From UHGV virus genome UHGV-0286028: DNA of 24,559 nt, one strand, 5' to 3'. This document shows positions 14,922 through 24,213 of this stretch, piece after piece (position 1 is the stretch's first letter; every line of letters begins with the position of its first letter). Made by a program: the position numbers and the translations under genes. This stretch comes from a virus. The notes beneath the pieces were generated by a model. The model made no database searches. It was not told the origin of the DNA and saw nothing but the letters and a program-made list of their open reading frames with translations.

Positions 14922-14936
14922 TTACCTGAAAGGTAA
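14922..14936. promoter_or_regulatory. Operator palindrome TTACC-TGAAA-GGTAA upstream of the structural operon
   Basis: Perfect inverted repeat between the tRNA-leader region and the first structural gene. Confidence 0.6.
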
Positions 14937-15026
14937 TAATTCGTGCGTTAAATGTCAACTATCTACGATAAATAAATCATATGTGGTTAAATTGGTAATA
15001 ATTTAATTGCGTACGGAGTCATTGAT

Positions 15027-15233
15027 ATGTGCATGGGTAGCTCACCATCAGTGCCTGCAACACCAGAAGTTCAGGCAGCACCACAGGAGCAGGATGCCGC
15101 CGTTGTTGATGCCCGCGACGAAGAAACTCGTCGCCGTCGCGCTGCTGCTGGTCGTAGTTCTACGCTGCTTACCGGTTCTCAGGGCGACACATCAACCGCT
15201 AATACCAGCGGTAAAACGCTGCTTGGTCAGTAA
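15027..15233 (+). CDS. Small low-complexity virion-associated protein (T7 gp7.3-like position and composition)
   Basis: 68 aa; GGAG SD 8 nt upstream; Ala/Gln/Arg/Ser-rich; sits immediately before the portal gene, as gene 7.3 does in T7. Chosen over the overlapping 15007-15246 ORF. Confidence 0.4.
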   Translation: MCMGSSPSVPATPEVQAAPQEQDAAVVDARDEETRRRRAAAGRSSTLLTGSQGDTSTANTSGKTLLGQ

Positions 15234-15247
15234 CCGGAGTCATTGAA

Positions 15248-16927
15248 ATGGCGGAAACAACTAAAGAGCGATTGAACAAACAGTTCGCACAACTTGAAAG
15301 CGAGCGTCAGTCGTTCGAGCCGCACTGGCGCGAGTTGAGTGATTACATCAACCCGCGTGGTTCCCGCTTTCTGACTTCTGAGGTCAACCGTAACGATCGA
15401 CGCAATACACGCATTATTGATTCGACCGGGACTATGGCGGCGCGCACTCTCGCCAGCGGCATGATGTCAGGCATCACAAGCCCCGCGCGTCCGTGGTTTC
15501 GCCTGGCTACGCCAGATCCTGAAATGATGGATTATGGCCCTGTTAAGTTGTGGCTTGAGGCGGTGCAGAACCGCATGAACGATATGTTCAATAAGTCGAA
15601 TCTCTATCAGTCGCTGCCGCAGTTATACGGAAGCCTCGGCACATACAGCACTGCCGCAATGGCGGTGCTGGAGGATGACGAGGACATCATTCGTACAATG
15701 CCATTCCCGATAGGAAGTTACTACCTGGCTAACTCACCTCGTGGCAGTGTGGACACCTGTTTTCGCAAGTTCTCTATGACTGTTCGTCAGCTTGTTCAGG
15801 AGTTCGGACTAAATAACGTCAGCGAATCCGTAAAAAGCATGTGGGAAAGCGGCACCTACGAGAAGTGGATTGAAGTGATGCATTCGGTTTACCCGAACAT
15901 TGACCGCGATACATCGAAGCTGGATAGCAAGAACAAGCCATTCAAATCGGTTTATTACGAGGTTGGTGGCGATAACGACAAGTTGTTGCGTGAGTCCGGA
16001 TTCGATGAGTTTCCAATTATGGCTCCGCGCTGGGAAGTTAACGGCGAAGATGTTTATGGATCATCATGCCCGGGTATGCTGGCGCTTGGACCTGTTAAGG
16101 CATTGCAGCTTCTCCAGAAGCGCAAGTCGCAGTTGATTGATAAAGCCACCAATCCGCCGATGGTTGCTCCGACTTCCCTCAAGAATCAGCGCGCCTCCCT
16201 TCTTCCTGGCGACATCACGTATATCGATCAGATTACTGGTCAGGATGGTTTCAGGCCTGCTTATCTGGTTAACCCCAGTACAGCAGATTTGGTGGCAGAC
16301 ATTCAGGACACTCGTCAAATCATTAACAGCGCCTACTTTGTCGATCTGTTCATGATGTTGCAGAACATCAATACCCGCTCGATGCCTGTTGAAGCAGTGA
16401 TCGAAATGAAAGAAGAAAAACTTCTGATGTTGGGGCCGGTTCTGGAGCGTCTGAACGACGAATGTCTTAATCCTCTCATTGACCGCGCTTTCTCGATGAT
16501 GGTGCGTAAAAACATGCTGCCGCCACCGCCTGACGCGATGGAAGGTATGCCCCTGAAGGTCGAATACATTTCCGTCATGGCTCAGGCGCAGAAGTCTATC
16601 GGCCTGTCCAGTCTGGCGTCTACGGTCAACTTCATTGGTCAACTTGCGCAAGCGAAACCAGAAGCTCTCGACAAACTCAACGTTGATCAGGCGATCGATG
16701 CATTCGCTGATATGTCCGGAGTGTCTCCAACCGTCATTGTTCCGCAGGAACAGGTTGAGCAGGCTCGCCAGCAACGGGCACAGCAACAACAGCAGCAACA
16801 AATGATGGCGATGGGGATGGCGGCGGCACAGGGGGCCAAGACGCTAAGCGAAGCTAAAACTTCGGATCCGAGTGTGTTGTCAGCTATGGCGAATGCAGTT
16901 AGTGGTCAGGGTGGGCAATCACAATGA
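15248..16927 (+). CDS. Portal (head-to-tail connector) protein, T7 gp8-like
   Basis: 559 aa, first large gene after the terminase; Gln/Ala/Met-rich C-terminal tail (QQQQQQMMAMGMAAAQG) resembling podovirus connector C-termini; GGAG SD. Confidence 0.78.
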   Translation: MAETTKERLNKQFAQLESERQSFEPHWRELSDYINPRGSRFLTSEVNRNDRRNTRIIDSTGTMAARTLASGMMSGITSPARPWFRLATPDPEMMDYGPVKLWLEAVQNRMNDMFNKSNLYQSLPQLYGSLGTYSTAAMAVLEDDEDIIRTMPFPIGSYYLANSPRGSVDTCFRKFSMTVRQLVQEFGLNNVSESVKSMWESGTYEKWIEVMHSVYPNIDRDTSKLDSKNKPFKSVYYEVGGDNDKLLRESGFDEFPIMAPRWEVNGEDVYGSSCPGMLALGPVKALQLLQKRKSQLIDKATNPPMVAPTSLKNQRASLLPGDITYIDQITGQDGFRPAYLVNPSTADLVADIQDTRQIINSAYFVDLFMMLQNINTRSMPVEAVIEMKEEKLLMLGPVLERLNDECLNPLIDRAFSMMVRKNMLPPPPDAMEGMPLKVEYISVMAQAQKSIGLSSLASTVNFIGQLAQAKPEALDKLNVDQAIDAFADMSGVSPTVIVPQEQVEQARQQRAQQQQQQQMMAMGMAAAQGAKTLSEAKTSDPSVLSAMANAVSGQGGQSQ

Positions 16928-17220
16928 CAGATTACGAAGACGATCAACTGAAAGAAGAAAACGCCCGTAAGCAACGTGACATGGCACAGCGTGAAATTGA
17001 TGACATTCGCTTTGTCATGAGCAGTGAACAGGGGCGTCGCGTTGTCTGGTCGGTGCTGGAGAAAGGCCGTGTGTTTTCCGCTATCTCACCGATGGACGCT
17101 ATGGCAATGGCATTTAATGAGGGGCAACGCAATCTGGCGCTGGAACTGTTTCAGCGCGTTATGGCGCATTGCCCTGAACAGTATTTGAAGATGGCCAAAG
17201 AGGCCAGTGAACAGGAGTGA
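16924..17220 (+). CDS. Hypothetical small head-assembly protein
   Basis: 98 aa, ATGA overlap with the portal stop. Confidence 0.45.
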   Translation: MTDYEDDQLKEENARKQRDMAQREIDDIRFVMSSEQGRRVVWSVLEKGRVFSAISPMDAMAMAFNEGQRNLALELFQRVMAHCPEQYLKMAKEASEQE

Positions 17221-17222
17221 TC

Positions 17223-17918
17223 ATGAATTTATTTGAGCGTTTGCTGTATCGCCGTCTTTGCAATGAGCAACCAGTCGATGGTGGAGCAGCTCCGGCTGCG
17301 TCAGAACCGTCAGCGCCTGCAGGTGATAACCCTGCTCCAGTTGGTGATCCATCACAACAGGAAGGTGATAAGCCACAACCTGTTGCTGATGGCGATAAAC
17401 CTGCTGATGACAAAAAGCCTGAAAATGATAAGCAGGATGAAAAAAAGGGCGGCGATAAACCAGAGGGTGCGCCTGAGAAGTACGAGTTTCAGGCTGCCGA
17501 AGGCGTAGAGCTGGATACAGAAGCGTTGAAGGAATTCGAGCCGGTGGCGCGAGAACTAAACCTGACCAACGAGCAAGCGCAAAAGCTGGTTGATGCTTAT
17601 CCGAAGATTCTGGCAGGTGTGCAGCAGCGCCAGGCAGAAGCCTGGCAGAAAACAACCGAGCAGTGGGCTGCTGATGTAAAAGCTGACAAAGAAATCGGTG
17701 GCGACAAGTTGATTTCTAACCTTAGCGCCGCACAGCGTGCGCTTGACCAGTTCGGGACACCCGAGCTCAAAGAATATCTGAACACCACCGGACTGGGTAA
17801 TCACCCTGATCTGGTCAAAACGTTCGTGAAAATCGGAAAGGCGATGTCTGAAGATGGCATGGTCACCGGTGGTAATGAAGGCCAGCGTAGTGCGGCCGAA
17901 GTGCTCTATGGCAAATAA
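17223..17918 (+). CDS. Scaffolding protein (candidate)
   Basis: ATG 17223 with AGGAG SD; acidic, Pro/Asp/Lys-rich low-complexity N-terminal half and helical C-terminal half; between portal and capsid genes. Confidence 0.5.
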   Translation: MNLFERLLYRRLCNEQPVDGGAAPAASEPSAPAGDNPAPVGDPSQQEGDKPQPVADGDKPADDKKPENDKQDEKKGGDKPEGAPEKYEFQAAEGVELDTEALKEFEPVARELNLTNEQAQKLVDAYPKILAGVQQRQAEAWQKTTEQWAADVKADKEIGGDKLISNLSAAQRALDQFGTPELKEYLNTTGLGNHPDLVKTFVKIGKAMSEDGMVTGGNEGQRSAAEVLYGK

Positions 17919-17932
17919 GAGAGGAAATGACA

Positions 17933-18919
17933 ATGGCTGTTAAAGGCTTAACTGCGCTGACGCTGGCTGACTGGGGTAAGCGCGTCGATCCAAACGGGAA
18001 AGTCGATAAGATTATCGAGCTTCTCGGTCAAACTAACCCGATCCTTCAGGATATGCCTTTTGTCGAAGGGAACCTTCCTACCGGACACCGAACCACCATT
18101 CGTTCTGGTTTACCTTCAGCTACCTGGCGTTTGCTGAACTATGGCGTACAGCCAAGCAAATCAACCACAGTGCAGGTAACCGATTCCGTGGGCATGCTGG
18201 AAACCTATGCTGAAGTCGATAAGTCACTGGCTGATCTGAACGGCAATACCGCCGAATTCCGCCTGTCTGAAGACCGCGCATTTATTGAAGCGATGAATCA
18301 GCAGATGGCGCAGACGCTGTTTTATGGTGATTCCAGCGTTAACCCTCAGCAGTTTATGGGACTGTCCTCCCGCTATTCCAGCCTGTCTGCGGGTAATGCT
18401 CAGAACATCATTGATGCTGGTGGCACGGGTACAGATAACACCTCAATCTGGTTAGTAGTGTGGGGCGAAAACACCGTGCATGGCATCTTCCCGAAAGGGC
18501 AGAAGGCTGGCATCCAGATGGAAGATAAAGGCCAGGTGACACTGGAAGATGCGAATGGCGGCAAGTACGAAGGCTACCGTACCCATTACAAATGGGACAA
18601 CGGACTTGCTCTGCGTGACTGGCGTTATGTTGTTCGCATTGCAAACATCGATGTCAGCAATCTTTCAGAACCTTCCTCTGCCGCAAATATTGCGAAGTTG
18701 ATGGTTAAAGCACTGCATCGCATTCCGAACCGTGGCATGGGGCGCCCGGTGTTCTACATGAACCGCACTGTAGGCCAGGCTCTTGATTTGCAGTCTCTGG
18801 AGAAAACATCTCTGGCGATCAGCGTAAAAGAGACAGAAGGCGAGTGGTGGACTTCATTCCGTGGTGTACCAATCCGTGAAACTGATGCGCTTCTGGAAAC
18901 AGAAGCCCGCGTGGTGTAA
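17933..18919 (+). CDS. Major capsid protein
   Basis: About 330 aa directly after the scaffold gene and before a stem-loop; ATG 17933 has better SD spacing than ATG 17927; size and position fit a capsid gene. Confidence 0.7.
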   Translation: MAVKGLTALTLADWGKRVDPNGKVDKIIELLGQTNPILQDMPFVEGNLPTGHRTTIRSGLPSATWRLLNYGVQPSKSTTVQVTDSVGMLETYAEVDKSLADLNGNTAEFRLSEDRAFIEAMNQQMAQTLFYGDSSVNPQQFMGLSSRYSSLSAGNAQNIIDAGGTGTDNTSIWLVVWGENTVHGIFPKGQKAGIQMEDKGQVTLEDANGGKYEGYRTHYKWDNGLALRDWRYVVRIANIDVSNLSEPSSAANIAKLMVKALHRIPNRGMGRPVFYMNRTVGQALDLQSLEKTSLAISVKETEGEWWTSFRGVPIRETDALLETEARVV

Positions 18920-18935
18920 CGCCTGTTATTAACCT

Positions 18936-18955
18936 GTGGGTCGTAACAGACCCAC
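18936..18955 (+). other. Stem-loop immediately downstream of the capsid gene
   Basis: GTGGGTC (18936-18942) / GACCCAC (18949-18955), 6-nt loop, no T-run. Confidence 0.45.
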
Positions 18956-18970
18956 TAATGGAGAAAGAAG

Positions 18971-19408
18971 ATGATCACCGACAAACTGTTGATGTTCTCC
19001 GAAGCACAGGCGGTAACTGATACCGCGGCTTCTACTGACGTAATCGATCTCGGTCCAATTGACGGAAAACGTCGTGATATCGGCGTTGGTTACCCGCTTG
19101 AGTTTTGGGCGCTGGTTAACACAGCCGCCGCGGCAAGCGGTGATGCAACTGTAAACATCCAGTTGCAGACGAGTGAGAATAACAGCTCATGGTCCACTAT
19201 TTATGATAGTGGCGCACTGGCAAAGGCCACCCTGACAGCAGGTAAGCGAGTTGTTTCTGCAAAGGTGCCAGCCGGTGTTCAGCGATATCTGCGTGTTAAC
19301 TACTCCGTCGCAACTGGCCCACTAACGGCTGGCAAATTCACTGCGGGTATCAATCTTGATGTTGATGCCAATACGCCGTATCCGATCCGCTCAAAAGTAA
19401 CTGGTTAA
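18971..19408 (+). CDS. Hypothetical structural protein (possible capsid decoration / minor head protein)
   Basis: 145 aa, position after the capsid gene; Ala/Thr/Gly-rich. Confidence 0.45.
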   Translation: MITDKLLMFSEAQAVTDTAASTDVIDLGPIDGKRRDIGVGYPLEFWALVNTAAAASGDATVNIQLQTSENNSSWSTIYDSGALAKATLTAGKRVVSAKVPAGVQRYLRVNYSVATGPLTAGKFTAGINLDVDANTPYPIRSKVTG

Positions 19409-19418
19409 GGTGATATTG

Positions 19419-19754
19419 ATGTCAGGTGAGAAACCAAGATACCGCGTTCTGCGCCTCTCTCATATCCATAACACTCTGTGGCCGGAGGGGGCAGAAATCG
19501 AATACGAAGGTGAGCCTGGTAGCGCACTGGAACCTGTTAACGATGCAGCCAGACAGGCAAAAGCAAAAGTTGCAGGAAAGGTGTCAATGGCAGCAACCAG
19601 CACCAAAATCATCAACGATGTGTCAGATGATGGTGAACTGGATAAGCTCCGTGAAGAGTACGAATTGCTCTTTAACGAGAAGCCACACCATAACGCCAAA
19701 GCAGAAACGCTCCGCGAGAAGATCGCAGATAAGCGTAAAGAACTAGGCGTGTAA
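19419..19754 (+). CDS. Hypothetical structural-module protein
   Basis: ATG 19419 with AAGGTGA SD; charged C-terminal half; followed by a terminator. Confidence 0.45.
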   Translation: MSGEKPRYRVLRLSHIHNTLWPEGAEIEYEGEPGSALEPVNDAARQAKAKVAGKVSMAATSTKIINDVSDDGELDKLREEYELLFNEKPHHNAKAETLREKIADKRKELGV

Positions 19755-19770
19755 GCCTCGCGAATCCGAC

Positions 19771-19792
19771 AAGGGGCTTCTGCCCCTTTATT
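19771..19792 (+). terminator. Rho-independent terminator after the capsid sub-operon
   Basis: Perfect stem AAGGGGC (19771-19777) / GCCCCTT (19782-19788), loop TTCT, then TATT. Confidence 0.65.
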
Positions 19793-19804
19793 GCAGGAGT
19801 GTAT

Positions 19805-20128
19805 ATGGAACTCGTAAACCTCAAAACCGGCACTGACAGCTACCAGGATGAGAGCGGAGAAACCAGAACTCGCGATGAATACCCGTGGGGGCTGTGCATC
19901 ACTCTTAATAACGACACATTGAATAAGCTGAAGGCGCAACCTCAGGGCGTCGGAACAGAAGTGATGATAACTGCAAAAGCTGTTATTCGAGGCCTGTCTG
20001 CCAGAGAAACTGACGATGGTGTTAATCGCAGCGCCGATCTGCAGATCACTGATATGGCAATCGCTCCTGTTTCCGGTGATGTAGAAAAATCAGCGGCTGA
20101 AACCCTCTACGGTAACGGGGGTGAGTGA
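19805..20128 (+). CDS. Hypothetical virion protein
   Basis: ATG 19805 with AGGAG SD; 107 aa; precedes the gp11-like gene. Confidence 0.45.
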   Translation: MELVNLKTGTDSYQDESGETRTRDEYPWGLCITLNNDTLNKLKAQPQGVGTEVMITAKAVIRGLSARETDDGVNRSADLQITDMAIAPVSGDVEKSAAETLYGNGGE

Positions 20129-20733
20129 TGGCCTCTGTAGTAGAGATCTGTAATCGTGCGCTGTCCAATATTGGCAACAGCCGCAGCATTAACAGCCTGA
20201 CGGAAGCCAGCAAGGAAGCAGGGGAATGTTCGCTGCACTTTGAGGCCTGCCGTGATGCTGTGCTTTCTGATTTTGACTGGAACTTTGCTACCAAACGCGT
20301 GGCGCTTGCAGATACGAACAATCCACCGCCTGACTGGGAATATGCGTACCAGTACCCGTCCGATTGTCTGCGCATTACTGAAATTATGCTTCCTGGTGTA
20401 CGCAATCCAACAGCAGCAATGCGCGTTCAGTACGAAGCTGGTGCAGACACCAACGGAACAGGAAAGTTGATCTACACAGACCAGCCGCAGGCATGGCTCA
20501 AGTATGTCTCTCGCGTTTCAGATGTGAACATGTTTGATGCCATTTTTATGGAGGCGTTGGCCTGGCGTCTTGCGGCAGCTATTAACATGGCGCTGACTGG
20601 GAATGCAGACCTCGGTACGTTTGCCCTCAATATGTACAATCGCGTGATTCTTAGTGCTGGCTCGCATAGCCAGAATGAATCACAGGAACCACAGCCACCG
20701 GTTGATGAGTTTACCATTGCGAGGTTGTCCTGA
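20128..20733 (+). CDS. Tail adaptor / tubular protein A (T7 gp11-like)
   Basis: About 200 aa (T7 gp11 is about 196 aa); N-terminal pattern ICNRALSNIG ... DFDWNF resembles gp11 (ILASIG ... RGWTF); sits directly before the large gp12-like gene. Confidence 0.55.
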   Translation: MASVVEICNRALSNIGNSRSINSLTEASKEAGECSLHFEACRDAVLSDFDWNFATKRVALADTNNPPPDWEYAYQYPSDCLRITEIMLPGVRNPTAAMRVQYEAGADTNGTGKLIYTDQPQAWLKYVSRVSDVNMFDAIFMEALAWRLAAAINMALTGNADLGTFALNMYNRVILSAGSHSQNESQEPQPPVDEFTIARLS

Positions 20734-23204
20734 TGGCTATCAGTTGGATCCAGCCCAGCTTTGCCGGTGGTGAGATTGGACCGTCGTTGTACGGGCGTAT
20801 TGACATGGCGAAGTACCAGGTGGCATTGCGCAAGTGCGATAACTTTATCGTGCGGCAGTATGGCGGCGTAGAGAATCGACCTGGTACGCGTTTTGTCGGT
20901 GCCGCCAAATACCCAAATCGGAAATGCCGCCTGATCCCGTTCCAGTTCTCGACGGTTCAGACTTATGCTCTGGAGTTCGGACACCAGTACATGCGCGTTA
21001 TCAAAGATGGTGCGTTGGTGCTGAACAGCAGCAATGTTATTTATGAAATTTCCACGCCATATACTGAAGCCGATCTGTTCCGAATTAAATTCACGCAAAG
21101 CGCAGACGTGCTTACGCTGGTTCATCCGGCATACCCGCCGAAAGAGTTGCGCCGCTATGCGCATGACAACTGGCAACTGGTTGATGTGGTAACGAAGAAC
21201 GGGCCATTTGAAGATATCAATATTGACGAGTCAGTGACGGTTTATGCCAGCGCCAGCACCGGGACAATTACGCTAACGGCAAGCGCCTCTATTTTTGGCG
21301 CGGAGCAGGTAGGCAAATTGTTCTATCTGGAACAGCCTGCAGTGGATTCTGTGCCGGTATGGGAAACCAGTAAGAGTACGTCGATTGGCGATATTCGCCG
21401 TGCAGACAGTAACTACTATCGCGCCGTTACAGCAGGCAAAACAGGCACTTTGCGCCCTTCGCATACAGAAGGCACATCATGGGATGGCTGGGGCGGATCC
21501 GGTGATGATGATACCGGCATTGAGTGGGAGTATCTGCACAGTGGTTTTGGCATTGCCCGTATCTCTGCTGCAAATGGAACTACTGCAACTGCCGAGGTGA
21601 TTTCCTATATCCCTTCGCAGGTAGTTGGCGAGGATAATGCCAGCTATAAATGGGCTAAATATGCCTGGAACAGTATTAACGGTTATCCTGGCACTGTTGT
21701 TTATTATCAACAACGTCTTTACTTCGCCGCATCGACAGCGTTCCCTCAGACTATCTGGGCCAGCCGTACTGGGGATTATAAGGATTTTGGCAAAAGCAAT
21801 CCTACGCAGGATGACGACAGAATTATCTACACCTATGCCGGGCGTCAGGTTAATGAGATCCGCCACCTGATTGATGTCGGTTCGCTGGTGGCACTGACTT
21901 CCGGAGGTGAGTACGTCATCACCGGCGACCAGAACAAAGTATTAACTCCATCATCATTTGCATTCAGCTCTCAGGGATCAAATGGTTCGAGCAATGTCCC
22001 ACCAATTGCCGTGGCGAATATTGCTCTGTTCGTCCAGGAGAAAGGCAGTGTTGTCCGTGATCTGGCCTACTCATTCGATGTTGACGGCTATCAGGGGAAC
22101 GACCTTACTATCCTTGCCAATCATCTTTTTCAGAAGCACAGCATTGTTGACTGGTGCTTCTCGATTGTCCCTTACTCCAGTGCCTTCTGCATTCGTGATG
22201 ACGGTAAATTACTGGTGATGACCTATTTGCGTGATCAGCAGGTTTTTGCATGGGCACCACAATCCAGTACCGGAAAATATGAAAGCACATGCAGTATCAG
22301 CGAAGGCAATGAAGATGCGGTGTATTTCGTCGTTAACAGAACCGTTAACGGGCAAACAGTGAGATACATCGAGAGACTGTCCAGCCGTTTATTTACCAGC
22401 GATGAAGATGCTTTCTTTGTTGATTCTGGCCTTAGCTATGATGGAAGAAATACGTCTGACAGAACGATGACCATCACTGGTGGTTCTGGTGAATGGGATT
22501 ACCACGCGGAATATACAATCAGTGTTTCTGGTGGTGCGTACTTCACCAGTAGTGATGTTGGTGCGCAACTACAGTTCCCTTATACCGGAGCTGATCCTGA
22601 TACTGGCGATGAAGTGTCAAAAGAATTACGTTGCGACATTATTTCTGTAACCAGCAATACCGCAGTAGTGGTTCGTGCTAACAGGAACGTCCCGCCATCC
22701 CTCAGGAATGTGGCCACCACGAACTGGCAGATGGCGCGCCGGACATTTGGCGGCTTGTCTCATCTTGAAGGCCAGACCGTAAACATCCTCTCTGATGCGA
22801 ACGTGGAACCACAAAAAGTGGTTTCCGGAGGTGCCGTCACGCTGGAATCACCGGGGGCTGTTGTGCACATCGGCCTGCCAATAACTGCTGAATTCGAAAC
22901 ACTGGATATCAACATTAACGGACAGGAAACGCTGCTGGACAAAAAACAGGTGATCCCGTCCGTTACTCTGGTTGTGAATGCCAGTCGCGGCATCTGGGCG
23001 ACTACGCCCGGCGGTAAATGGTACGAATATCCACAGCGTGAATTCGAGTTCTACGATGATCCTGTTGATGATGCTACCGGAAAAGTAGAAGTGAAACTGG
23101 ACAGTAACTGGGGCAAAAACGGGCGTGTAAAAATCCGTCAGCTTGACCCGTTGCCGCTGTCTGTTCTTGCCGTTATTCCTCGCCTTACTGTTGGGGGATT
23201 CTGA
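20733..23204 (+). CDS. Tail tubular protein B / nozzle (T7 gp12-like)
   Basis: 823 aa (T7 gp12 is about 794 aa); position after the gp11-like gene; N-terminus MAISWIQPSFAGGEIG resembles the gp12 start pattern. Confidence 0.6.
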   Translation: MAISWIQPSFAGGEIGPSLYGRIDMAKYQVALRKCDNFIVRQYGGVENRPGTRFVGAAKYPNRKCRLIPFQFSTVQTYALEFGHQYMRVIKDGALVLNSSNVIYEISTPYTEADLFRIKFTQSADVLTLVHPAYPPKELRRYAHDNWQLVDVVTKNGPFEDINIDESVTVYASASTGTITLTASASIFGAEQVGKLFYLEQPAVDSVPVWETSKSTSIGDIRRADSNYYRAVTAGKTGTLRPSHTEGTSWDGWGGSGDDDTGIEWEYLHSGFGIARISAANGTTATAEVISYIPSQVVGEDNASYKWAKYAWNSINGYPGTVVYYQQRLYFAASTAFPQTIWASRTGDYKDFGKSNPTQDDDRIIYTYAGRQVNEIRHLIDVGSLVALTSGGEYVITGDQNKVLTPSSFAFSSQGSNGSSNVPPIAVANIALFVQEKGSVVRDLAYSFDVDGYQGNDLTILANHLFQKHSIVDWCFSIVPYSSAFCIRDDGKLLVMTYLRDQQVFAWAPQSSTGKYESTCSISEGNEDAVYFVVNRTVNGQTVRYIERLSSRLFTSDEDAFFVDSGLSYDGRNTSDRTMTITGGSGEWDYHAEYTISVSGGAYFTSSDVGAQLQFPYTGADPDTGDEVSKELRCDIISVTSNTAVVVRANRNVPPSLRNVATTNWQMARRTFGGLSHLEGQTVNILSDANVEPQKVVSGGAVTLESPGAVVHIGLPITAEFETLDININGQETLLDKKQVIPSVTLVVNASRGIWATTPGGKWYEYPQREFEFYDDPVDDATGKVEVKLDSNWGKNGRVKIRQLDPLPLSVLAVIPRLTVGGF

Positions 23205-23668
23205 TGATCGATGTTCAAATTATTCCCGCTACCGAAGAGCATCTTCAGATGATTTTGCCGGATGTTCGTCAGGCTGATATTGACGAACTGTATGCGGTAT
23301 CGCTGATGACTACCGAAGATGCGCTGCGCGTTGGTCTTCGCACTGCGACTATGGCCTGGTCAGGGTTCGCGAACGGAGAACTGGTAACCATGTTTGGTGT
23401 ATCTCCGGCGTCAATGATCGGTGGCAATGGTACGCCCTGGCTGGTAGGAACCAGCCGTATTGAAAAATATCAGAAGACATTTCTGCGCCACTGCCGCCCT
23501 GTATTGCAGCAGATGCTGGCAGTTTATCCGCGCCTGGAAAACTACGTCGACGAGCGAAACCATGTTGCCAAAGCATGGCTGCACTGGCTTGGATTCAGGC
23601 TTGAAGAAGCCGCGCCTTATGGTGCTCTTGGTCTTAATTTCCACAGATTTCACATGGAGAGAAAATAA
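23204..23668 (+). CDS. Internal virion protein (gp13-like position)
   Basis: 154 aa, TGATG overlap with the gp12-like stop; order matches T7 gp13. Confidence 0.4.
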   Translation: MIDVQIIPATEEHLQMILPDVRQADIDELYAVSLMTTEDALRVGLRTATMAWSGFANGELVTMFGVSPASMIGGNGTPWLVGTSRIEKYQKTFLRHCRPVLQQMLAVYPRLENYVDERNHVAKAWLHWLGFRLEEAAPYGALGLNFHRFHMERK

Positions 23669-24213
23669 TGTGCGATCCGGTTATTGCTGGTGGCGCAATG
23701 CTCGCCATGAGTGGCATTCAGGCATACACCCAGTACCAACAGGGAAAGTATGCCTCGAAGGTTGCAGAAGCGAACGCAGATATAGCCACAGCTCAGGCAA
23801 ATGATGCAATAAACAGAGGTAACGCTGAAGCTGAGCAACGACGCAGAGAGACCCGACAGCGGCTTGGTACACAGGCGGCGACAATGGGGGCTACCGGCGC
23901 TGATTTATCTACAGGTAACGCGCTGGATATATTTGGCGACACTGCCCAGTTTGGCGCTCTTGATTCGCTGACGACGGTGAATAACGCGCAACGCGAGGCT
24001 TACGGTTATCAGGTTCAGGCTGCCAACTATAAAGCAGAAGCCAGTTCAGCCCGTAAACAGGGGAATGTGGGAGCAGCAACAACATTGCTCACTGCGCCTC
24101 TGAAGGCATACGGTGCGTACCAGATGTTTGGTGGGACGTGGAGTCCGTTTACTCAAAGCACTCCTGCGCCAATCGGGGCAGCAGCAGGAACCAGATTACC
24201 CGGAGGATTATAA
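23668..24213 (+). CDS. Internal virion protein (T7 gp14-like)
   Basis: 181 aa, starts MC ... with Ala/Gln-rich helical sequence, similar in size and start to T7 gp14; TAATG overlap with the upstream gene. Confidence 0.5.
   Translation: MCDPVIAGGAMLAMSGIQAYTQYQQGKYASKVAEANADIATAQANDAINRGNAEAEQRRRETRQRLGTQAATMGATGADLSTGNALDIFGDTAQFGALDSLTTVNNAQREAYGYQVQAANYKAEASSARKQGNVGAATTLLTAPLKAYGAYQMFGGTWSPFTQSTPAPIGAAAGTRLPGGL

Noticed and set aside
15007-15246. 79-aa ORF overlapping the 15027-15233 ORF in another frame
   Set aside because: The 15027 frame has a well-spaced GGAG SD and a composition like small virion proteins; the 15007 frame is a basic, Leu-rich shadow.
16064-16801. 245-aa minus-strand ORF
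   Set aside because: Lies entirely inside the portal gene on the opposite strand; a shadow ORF of the coding frame.
16777-16810. CAG/CAA-rich stretch as a possible repeat or slippage site
   Set aside because: It encodes the in-frame poly-Gln tail of the portal protein and is not a tandem DNA repeat of regulatory character.
20472-21176. 234-aa minus-strand ORF
   Set aside because: Antisense to the gp11-like/gp12-like junction, with no RBS and an atypical composition; shadow ORF.
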